Source: Synechococcales cyanobacterium CRU_2_2 (GTDB lineage Bacteria; Cyanobacteriota; Cyanobacteriia; PCC-9006; JAAUQQ01). Taken from it: 64,000 nucleotides of DNA. Both the position numbers and the translations under genes were made by a program. The stretch covers positions 1,003 to 65,002 of the forward strand of contig JAAUOP010000007.1 of assembly GCA_012034805.1 (NCBI GenBank), given 5' to 3'. Position 1 is the first letter of the stretch. Each line of letters begins with the position of its first letter. A model generated the notes under the pieces. It was not told where the DNA came from. It made no database searches and saw only the letters and a list, made by a program, of their open reading frames with translations. Shown here piece by piece: positions 9,541-17,495 of this stretch.

Positions 9541-10242
9541 CTATTTGGGCATCGGCAGCCCAAACGTCCCATGAAAATCTTCCTTGACCTTGAGGGTGAG
9601 ACGACGAGAAATTTGGCGAACCACTTGGCGGAGGAGGCGATCGCCTGTACTCTGAATCATCTGCTGGGGGAGTATTTGGATAAATCGCGGAAACTGTAGC
9701 GTTACGCCCAAATCCAGCACCCACTCCACATGGGTCATCGCCGCAACTTCCGCCTCCGTGGTCTCCACCGCACGCAGCTCTAGCACCGCCTGAAAATCGA
9801 CGCTGTAGCCCACCGACTCATACCCCGGCACGTCGATAGTGCGAATGCGATAGACCCGGTCTTCCTGGGGCAAGAGGTCTAGACCGATTTGGGGGGCGAT
9901 CGCATACCCTAGCGCCCCAAAGCTCCCAAGAGAAAGTGCATAACCCGTATTCCCGAGGGGCTTCGCTTCCATCGGAGCCGCACAGCGACGGAACCAATCC
10001 TGGTGGTTGTCGAGATAGTCCGCCACCTGCTGGGTATCCGCACACATCTCCATACAGTCTGTGAACCGACTGCGGAATTCGGTCAATGGTTTACCCTCGT
10101 CGTTACCGACTATTTGTTCCACCCCCAATCTGGCACTGGCTGCCCCCGTAGGATCCACAAAACCATTATCAACGTAATGGGATGGGTTGCGCGAGGTTGG
10201 CTGGTTTTCGAGCGGAAATTGAGAGGTGGAAGAAATTGACAT
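9541..10242 (-). CDS. DUF1997-like protein
   Basis: ...ADYLDNHQDWFRRCAAPMEAKPLG..YALSLGSFGALGYAIAPQIGLDL...RIRTIDVPG... The likely start is the internal ATG at 10242 (MSISSTSQ). Confidence 0.5.
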   Translation of the reverse strand: MSISSTSQFPLENQPTSRNPSHYVDNGFVDPTGAASARLGVEQIVGNDEGKPLTEFRSRFTDCMEMCADTQQVADYLDNHQDWFRRCAAPMEAKPLGNTGYALSLGSFGALGYAIAPQIGLDLLPQEDRVYRIRTIDVPGYESVGYSVDFQAVLELRAVETTEAEVAAMTHVEWVLDLGVTLQFPRFIQILPQQMIQSTGDRLLRQVVRQISRRLTLKVKEDFHGTFGLPMPK

Positions 10243-10578
10243 AAAACTGATGTCTGAAGTCGAACAGTGTGATTGGGACAGTGTGATTAGAACGCTTACA
10301 TCTAGAAAGACACAGTCGCTGACAGAAAGATTCCGCAACAACCACCGAAGCAAAGGGACACCTAACCTCCAGGGAAGGGACTTGGGAACGAGCCGCAGCC
10401 TTGCGACCAGAGCTGCAACTGAATCTATGAGCTGACTTCACCCTACAATGTAACGAATTTTGTAGCTTTAGCACCATAGCCGTTTTACGCAAGCCAGGGT
10501 GTCAGGCATGAACCTTACGGCTCAAGGAGACGTGAATCCACTGGCATCTGAGCCTCCAATTTGGGCGATCGCACTCTG

Positions 10579-10598
10579 CTTGAACTTTGCAGTTCAAG
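10579..10598. promoter_or_regulatory. Perfect palindrome cttgaact-ttgc-agttcaag, followed by a 20-bp tandem repeat (10604-10643)
   Basis: Read directly. Lies in the DUF1997/MarR divergent intergenic region. The palindrome is a possible MarR-type operator. Confidence 0.25.
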
Positions 10599-10832
10599 TT
10601 TTCGGGTCAGCGGCTTTGGCTTTGGGTCAGCGGCTTTGGGTCGCGGGTGAGCCATCTCGGTGAGCTCAAGATCCAGATCCACTCGCTAAACCCAAGGAGG
10701 GGGTCAAAGTCCCCATCCAATGGAGGCCTGAGCCCCCTCATCCCGCTGCCCCTGGTGGAAACTCACGACCAGTCTGATAAATTACTGGCGTTGCCCCTAG
10801 GGATAACAATCATCATTTCGGGGTTCAGTGCT

Positions 10833-11339
10833 ATGACTCGTGCGGTAGGCATCTATGACTCAATCGATCGGATCTTGGATGGCTGGGCTCAGTCTCACCC
10901 TCAACTCGACTTTTCTGCCAAAGATGTAACCCTGCGACTCCGGCGGCTCACGGCCTTGATGGAAGCGCGGTCAGCTCCAACTCTAGAACAACTCGGCTTA
11001 AAGCCCGAAATTTTTACGCTCATGGCAGAACTGCACCGCAGAGGTCACCCTTACGACAGCACACCTCGGTACCTGATGTCTTACCTGGAGATGAGTTCCG
11101 GCGGCATGAGCAATCTGCTGGATCGGGCGGAGACGAGCGACTTTATTCGGCGCGTTCCCGATCCTCTGGACGGACGCAGCGTGGTGGTTCAACTCACCCC
11201 TTTGGGGCAAGAGCGCATCGAGGCCGCACTCAAGGCTGAGACTCAGCAGGAGCAGGCTTTGTTGACCCCTTTGAGCCGTCGAGAGCGGGAAACCCTGGCC
11301 CAGCTTTTGCGTAAGCTGATTTGTGCGGCCGTGGCTTAG
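10833..11339 (+). CDS. MarR-family transcriptional regulator
   Basis: Winged-helix region ...YLEMSSGGMSNLLDRAETSDFIRRVPDPLDGRSVVVQLTPLGQE. ATG at 10833 gives a typical 168-aa MarR. Confidence 0.75.
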   Translation: MTRAVGIYDSIDRILDGWAQSHPQLDFSAKDVTLRLRRLTALMEARSAPTLEQLGLKPEIFTLMAELHRRGHPYDSTPRYLMSYLEMSSGGMSNLLDRAETSDFIRRVPDPLDGRSVVVQLTPLGQERIEAALKAETQQEQALLTPLSRRERETLAQLLRKLICAAVA

Positions 11340-11419
11340 AGGTTTAGCATCCGTATCGGCACTCATATCACTAAACTAGGTGGAGTGCTCACCTGAGCTT
11401 TGCCCTCCACGGTTGTCCC

Positions 11420-12703
11420 ATGCGTCCTCGGCAAGATCTCGCTGAACTCTTCTCAACTTTCCTGCAGCTCGAAACCGGCACTAGCGGTCGCTGGAGCCAT
11501 GAACCGACGCTCAGACGGAGCATACTTCGAGCATTGCAGCTCCAACCGAACCAGGCGGCCAAAGCGACCAACGCGTTCTGGGTTAGTTATTGGTTGGAGC
11601 AGCACCGGCAACAGCATTCATTCCCCTCGTCCGCGTCGGTCTCATCTGCGCCGACTTCATCTGGACATCGCCTCTCCCAACACCATTTACTCGCCTATAC
11701 CCAGGAAGCCTGCTATTGGGCCAGCTACCGGTTTCACAAAACAATGGCCCAGTTTGCCGCGATTTCTGATCAGACCTTGGCTGACTATTTTCAGATCGCC
11801 CAGGCCCAATTTTCCAAGGTGCTAGCTGGGTTTTCACCAGACCGGGGAGCCACCCTTGAGACCTACGCGGAGCTGGCCTTTACCCATCGTTTGAAAGATG
11901 CGGTACGACAACAGAAAACCTTGGATATTTGTAGCAACTGGTCACTGTTACGTCGAACCAGCCGAAAACAGCTTCAAGAAACCTTAGAATACCAATCTCT
12001 CTCTCCCGCTCTCCAACAGCCCTATCTGTGGGCTTGGCTCTGCTTTCGAGAGGGCTGGGTTGGGGCGTCTGCACCTGGGGCGAGGCGACGGCTGGCTCCT
12101 GCGACTGAGGATTGGCAGGCGATCGCCCAAGCCTACAACCAATCAAAACCGCCGGAGCAACCTCTGGCCACCCCCGAGCAACTCGAGCAGCGGTTAACCC
12201 AGATGGCCGCTTGGCTGCGGGCTTATCTGCATCCATCGGTTCAGTCCCTCAATCAACTGCAGTATGGTGAGGAAGGGGAAGAGCGCTTAGCAGGTCTCTC
12301 AGATCCCACCGCTTGGGCACAAAGCGAGGGTTTTGTGGGTAGCCCTTCGTTGTTGACGAATTTGATTGCCGAAGAAGAGATAAACGAACGACAACGGCAG
12401 CGATCGCAGCTCGACCAAGTTCTCGCCCAAGCGATTCAGACCCTCAAGCCCGAGTGGCAGACCGTTCTCGACTTGTACTATCGTCAGGGTCTGATTCAAT
12501 CCCAAATTGCCAAGCACATCGGGTGTTCTCAGCCATCCGTGGCGCGGTATCTGTTGCGAGCCAGGGAAGCGTTGTTGAACGCCTTGGTCACCTGGAGCCA
12601 GCAAACCTTGAATATTGTCTCGAGTCCCGATCGTATAGCCCAGCAGGGTGACGCAATGGAAGAATGGTTGATGGGGCACTATGGTTCTCAATCTAGAGAG
12701 TGA
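11420..12703 (+). CDS. Extended sigma-70-family RNA polymerase sigma factor (cyanobacterial type associated with DUF1822)
   Basis: C-terminal region 4 HTH (VLDLYYRQGLIQSQIAKHIGCSQPSVARYLLRAREAL). N-terminus MRPRQDLAELFSTFLQLE and a long insertion between the region 2-like and region 4 parts. 427 aa. Confidence 0.7.
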   Translation: MRPRQDLAELFSTFLQLETGTSGRWSHEPTLRRSILRALQLQPNQAAKATNAFWVSYWLEQHRQQHSFPSSASVSSAPTSSGHRLSQHHLLAYTQEACYWASYRFHKTMAQFAAISDQTLADYFQIAQAQFSKVLAGFSPDRGATLETYAELAFTHRLKDAVRQQKTLDICSNWSLLRRTSRKQLQETLEYQSLSPALQQPYLWAWLCFREGWVGASAPGARRRLAPATEDWQAIAQAYNQSKPPEQPLATPEQLEQRLTQMAAWLRAYLHPSVQSLNQLQYGEEGEERLAGLSDPTAWAQSEGFVGSPSLLTNLIAEEEINERQRQRSQLDQVLAQAIQTLKPEWQTVLDLYYRQGLIQSQIAKHIGCSQPSVARYLLRAREALLNALVTWSQQTLNIVSSPDRIAQQGDAMEEWLMGHYGSQSRE

Positions 12704-12712
12704 GGAGGTTTT

Positions 12713-14155
12713 ATGGCGGTCTTGAGCGAGGTGGTAGCCGATGCGCGACATTGGTGGATTCCCTTGGATCCGGAGGTCGTTCAGCGCAGCTGGCAGCACA
12801 GCCAGCGGCACAGCCAACCGGGGCGATGTTGGGATGACTACCTGGGCCGATTGTGTTTGGTTGGTCTGGCGGAGGGTTTGGCAGAATTGGAGGCGTTGGG
12901 GCTGAGCAAAATTCAACCTGGATTATCGCCAAGCCTGTCGGTTTGGACTGCCGTTTGGGAGGGAGTTGGGGGCTGCGTGCTGCGGGTTATGCCGGAGATG
13001 GTGATAGCAGAAGGTGTCACGGCTGAGGGTGTCACGGCGGAACGGGTCACGGGAAATGACAGAACGACAGACGAAATCCGGTTGGTAGTAATTCCAGGGG
13101 ATGAGATTGACGCGGAAGCCTTAGTGGTGCCCCAGGAATGGGTGGATGTGCCGGATTGGCGGGGTCACTATTATTTGGCGGTTCAGCTTTGTGGCGAGGC
13201 CGAGGCCGCCGAGGTAGGGGACGAAGAATGTGAGCCCTACGGTTTGAGAGTCTGGGGCTATGCAAGTCATCGTCAATTAAAGGAAAGGGGCGATTATGAC
13301 CCCCAGACGCGCAATTATGTTCTATCACGGCCAGACCTACAGGAGGATCTGACAGCCTTGAGTGTGACGCTGCGCCATTGCGACACCCAGGGAACTCAAG
13401 CCGTAGTGGAACCCTTAGCTGTGGTGTCAGCGGTGCAACGGGAAAATTTGCTCGAGCGCCTAGGGGATCCGGCCTTGGCATTTCCTCGGTTAGCGGTTCC
13501 ATTTGCGCTCTGGGGTGCTTTGATTCAGGATGAGGACTGGCGTAAACGGTTGTATCAGCGACGTTGTCAGGGCTGGGTGGGCCAAGTGGATGCTCAGGTG
13601 ACGCGGTTGAGTCAGTGGCTGGAGGGACAGTTTGAGCAGGGGTGGCGATCGCTCACGGATTTGCTCGGCCCAGGGACAGCATTTGCACCTCAGTTGCGCA
13701 GTGGGATGGTTGATTCGAGGGAGATTGGCCAGAGCGATCTCACCTCGGGCTTCCCGCTAAAACGCGCGAAGTCCATTATCCTGGGCGGAATTTCTGGTGA
13801 AATGACTGACGAAAGCGCCGATGATGTATCCAGAGTGATATTACTCGTTTCAGTTGTTCCCACATCAATTCAATCAGACTCAGTCTTGCAGGTGCAGGTT
13901 CAACTTCATCCTCTTTGCGGACAACAATTGCCCCCAAGGGTGCGACTCGTCTTACACGATCCAGAGCAGGTCATGGATCTACAAGCGATTGAGAGCGGGG
14001 CGGCGGATACCTATCTACAGCTCACGCCCCTCACCGGCAGGGTAGGGGAAACCTTCCAAGTGCGAATTGAGTACCCAGTCTCTAGTCAAACTCACCCCAG
14101 CCAGGAGCAAGATGCCGCAGCCCCTTGGACGGTCACTGAATTATTCCGGCTGTAA
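12713..14155 (+). CDS. DUF1822-like protein
   Basis: RBS gaggagg 6 nt upstream. The segment LVVIPGDEIDAEALVVPQEWVDVPDWRGHYYLAVQL...LRVWGYASHRQLK matches my recollection of the DUF1822 core. The stop overlaps the next ATG (TAATG). Confidence 0.6.
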   Translation: MAVLSEVVADARHWWIPLDPEVVQRSWQHSQRHSQPGRCWDDYLGRLCLVGLAEGLAELEALGLSKIQPGLSPSLSVWTAVWEGVGGCVLRVMPEMVIAEGVTAEGVTAERVTGNDRTTDEIRLVVIPGDEIDAEALVVPQEWVDVPDWRGHYYLAVQLCGEAEAAEVGDEECEPYGLRVWGYASHRQLKERGDYDPQTRNYVLSRPDLQEDLTALSVTLRHCDTQGTQAVVEPLAVVSAVQRENLLERLGDPALAFPRLAVPFALWGALIQDEDWRKRLYQRRCQGWVGQVDAQVTRLSQWLEGQFEQGWRSLTDLLGPGTAFAPQLRSGMVDSREIGQSDLTSGFPLKRAKSIILGGISGEMTDESADDVSRVILLVSVVPTSIQSDSVLQVQVQLHPLCGQQLPPRVRLVLHDPEQVMDLQAIESGAADTYLQLTPLTGRVGETFQVRIEYPVSSQTHPSQEQDAAAPWTVTELFRL

Positions 14156-16615
14156 TGGACAGGCCTATGATGGACAGCGCTTGGACGGCTCCGATACAAA
14201 CCGAAAAACAGGTCATTCTTTCCCTCGCTGGGGGGACGTTAGAGCAAGGCTTTCCAGCAGTGACGATGCAACTGAGTTCGGATCAGCCCCCGACCCAACG
14301 GCTGAAGGTAGTGGGTTCGCTCTCTCCAGCCCCCCATTTGCATCAGCTGTACCACGACTGGCGAGCTCACTATCTAGCCCTCCAGGATCGGCTCAGAATT
14401 CAGCTCGTGGCTGATCACAGCCCCAATCAGGTCTCGCGAGAACGGTTCGAACACCTGTCTGAGCGATTCGGACAGGCGTTAAATCAATGGTTGAGTCTGC
14501 CAGGATTTCATCGGATTGATCAGCAACTGCGGCTATATCTCAATCCCTCAGATCCCATTCGTCTCATTTTGGAAACCGATTGTCCACACACGCGACGGTT
14601 GCCTTGGCATTTATGGCTGTTTTTCCACGACTATCCCCAGGCTGAATTTGCCCTCGGCAGTCTCAACTACCGCCCCACTCAGGCCCCAGGTCTAGCTGCT
14701 CGCTCCAGTTCTATTCGCTCCGGTTCTATTCGCTCCGGTTCCGTGCGAGTCTTGGCAATTTTAGGAACTTCCGTCGGCATTGACGTAGAACGCGATCGCG
14801 CCCTCCTCACCCAACTCCCCCAGACGAGCTCCAATTACTGGTAGAGCCCTCGCGATCGCAACTCCACGCTGCCCTCTGGTCGGATCTAGGGTGGGATATT
14901 CTCTTCTTTGCGGGCCATAGCCAGAGCCAAGCCGGAGATAACAGCGGCCAGATTGCGATTAATGATCGCGAATCGTTGACGATTGAACAGTTGGAATATG
15001 CGCTGGGAGCGGCGATCGTCCGAGGTCTACAACTGGCCATTTTCAACTCCTGTGACGGTCTTGGCCTAGCCCGAGGCTTGGCAAATTTGAATCTTCCCCA
15101 GCTGGTGGTCATGCGAGAGCCGGTACCCGATCGCGTGGCACAAACCTTTCTGACCCATTTTTTGCAAGCGTTCTCCTCCGGGCGCTCCTTCTATGGTGCT
15201 GTGCGAGAAGCGAGGGAGAAACTTCAGGTCCTGGAAGATCAATTTCTGTGCGCGTCTTGGCTACCGGTGATTTATCAGAATCCAGCGGCGATTCCACCCA
15301 GTTGGCAAAGCTTAGCCAGTACTTCGGAGCTAGCCCTAAGCACGAATTCCCGACCTCGGACGATCGCCGCCTTGAAGTTGCACTCGGCTTTAATGCGGGG
15401 AGCGATCGCCGCGATCGTCATCCTAGGCTTACGTTACCTGGGCCTGTTACAGCCCTTTGAACTGTTAGCTTACGATCTCTTGCTCCGCCAACGCCCCGCT
15501 GAAACCACGGATCCGCGCATTTTAGTCGTGGAGGTAACTGAAGAGGACACCAACCGCTATGGCTATCCCCTAGAAGACAAACTTTTGGCTCAGTTGCTTC
15601 AAAAACTTTATCAATCCCAGCCCCGTGCGGTCGGGTTGGATATGCATCGGGCCCAGCCTCGAGGAGAAGGACGCGCCGAATTTTTAGAACAGTTTCAACA
15701 GCATCCGAGTCTGAGTACGGTTTGCTGGGGAAATCAGAATGATCAGAACTTTGCCACCCCGCCTGAATTCGATGCCGTTCAGCAAACCGAACAATTGGCC
15801 TTCAGCGATCTGTTGCCAGACCTCGCACCGTTTGCTTGGCTTTCCTCAGGAACTGTGCGTCGCCAGCTGCTTTCCGTCGATCCAAACCTAGGAGAACTCT
15901 CGGCCTGTACTGCGGTTCAGGGGCTCAGTCTAAGGTTGGCTCAAGTGTTTCTGAGCGCTGAACAGCGAACGATTCGTGTGGACGGGCAAAGACAACTGGG
16001 GTTTTGGATCAAAACGACCTTCTACCAAAGCCTGCCCCGACGAGTTGGAGCCTACCAACACCTAGATGGGCTGAGCAGTCAGATCTTGATCAACTACCGC
16101 TCAGCGCAACCCGGACAACGCGTGAACCTCGAGCAGGTATTGTTGGAGCAACTGCCACCGGAGATGGTGCGCGATCGCATTGTCCTCATCGGCACCACAG
16201 CCCCCGTGGGCGGAGATATCAAGCAAACACCTTTGGGTGAAATGCCAGGCGTTTGGGTTCATGCCCATCAGCTCAGTCAGTTGCTCAGTGCCGTTCTCGA
16301 CCAGCGCCCGCTCCTGGGGACGTTGCCCCAGTGGAAGGATTTCCAGTGGGGAGATGGGCTATGGGTAATGGTTTGGACATTCCTCGGGAGTGGCCTGGGC
16401 TGGGGTTTGAGCTGTGGCCCGACACAGCATTTACGACGCGTCCAGTCGTTGATTTGGGGAACTGGGCTGGGGGGGTCGTGGTGTTGTATGGCATGAGTTT
16501 GGGGGCGATCGCCAGGGCCTTTGGTTGCCCCTGGTTCCCTCTGTTCTCGGTTGGGGGGTGGGTTATGCCGCTAGCCTTCGTCCTAGTTTTCGTTCCGGTT
16601 TTCGTTCCGGTTTAG
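14155..16615 (+). pseudogene. CHAT-like (caspase-fold) domain fused to a membrane CHASE2 sensor domain; reading frame broken twice at homopolymers
   Basis: Candidate His/Cys dyad ILFFAGHS and LAIFNSCDG. TM helix AIAAIVILGL, then the CHASE2 signature LQPFELLAYDLLLRQRP...ILVVEVTEED...AVGLDMH, then C-terminal TM helices. Frame 1 to 3 at C5 (14817-14821). Frame 3 to 2 at G7 (16469-16475). Confidence 0.75.
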
Positions 16616-16648
16616 TCACTCCAGAAATTCACCATCCATAGGTTTGCC

Positions 16649-17409
16649 ATGAATACGACAATTCTCCCTCTCGTCAAGCACACCCCTCTGGTCAGAATTC
16701 TGAAGGGTTTAGCACTATGGACTCTAGCCTGTGGTTTTGGGACTCAGTTGATGCAACCAGCCGTTGCTCAATCAACTGTACAGCCAGCTGAGCGAAGAAC
16801 TCATCAGATTAGCCAGTCTAGACCCGCTCGATCGCGACCCTCTACCCCCAAACCACCCCGCAGTCAGCGACCCAACCAAACCCGAGCCGGGGGCTCACTG
16901 AGTGAATCCTGTTCGCGTTCTCAGCAAGTTCTGTCTGCCCTGGTTCCGACTCAAAACCCAGTCACCACTCGCAAATCCCAACCCACCGTTTGGGTTTATG
17001 TACCCTACACACCCGCTGAGATTCAACAGGCAGAGTTTGTGATCAATGTTGGGATTGCGGAAAAGAACGGTTGTATCGACAAGCGATCGCCCTTCCTCCA
17101 ACCCCTGGATTTGTCGGCCTGACCTTGCCCGCTGAAGTGAGCCTAAAACCCGGTATTCCCTATCGCTGGTACTTGACGCTGCAATGCGTCGGGCCTAAAG
17201 CTACGGCCCAGTTCAGTGTGGATGCAGGCATTCAGGTGGTTGGATCGGAACAGGGGGAGGGGACGATCGCTTGGTATGACGAGGTGGAGGCGATCGCCCA
17301 GCAGTTGCAGTTGCAGCCGGAGAATCGAGAGGTGCGCGATCGGTGGCGTCAGCGCTTGGCAGAACTCGGGCTGGCAGAACTTGCCAATCAGCCGTTACAG
17401 AAGCTTTAG
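16649..17409 (+). pseudogene. DUF928-like exported protein, one frameshift near 17061-17073
   Basis: Signal peptide. QPTVWVYVPYTPAEIQQAEFVINV... continues in frame 1 as LYRQAIALPPTPGFVGLTLPAEVSLKPGIPYRWYLTLQC, the pattern I associate with DUF928. Confidence 0.6.
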
Positions 17410-17450
17410 CCCCCGAGACTGAACCTGAGCTGTATGGGTGCATTCGCTGT

Positions 17451-17495
17451 CTATTACAACCCATTCTATTACAACCCATTCTATTACAACCAATT
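17451..17495. repeat. 15-bp tandem repeat x3 (ctattacaacc[c/a]att) spanning the stop codon of the TPR-CHAT gene
   Basis: Read directly. The third copy contains the last codons plus the stop (NWL*) of the minus-strand gene that ends at 17484. Confidence 0.9.

Noticed and set aside
8882-9587. ORFs 8882..9307 (minus), 8994..9587 (plus) and 9127..9381 (minus) overlapping the DUF2808-like gene
   Set aside because: They are alternative or antisense frames with R/S/P-rich composition. The 8930..9508 frame has the signal peptide and the family motif.
10587-10832. 82-codon N-terminal extension of the MarR ORF
   Set aside because: The extension is low-complexity and contains the intergenic repeats. 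The ATG at 10833 yields a canonical-length MarR.
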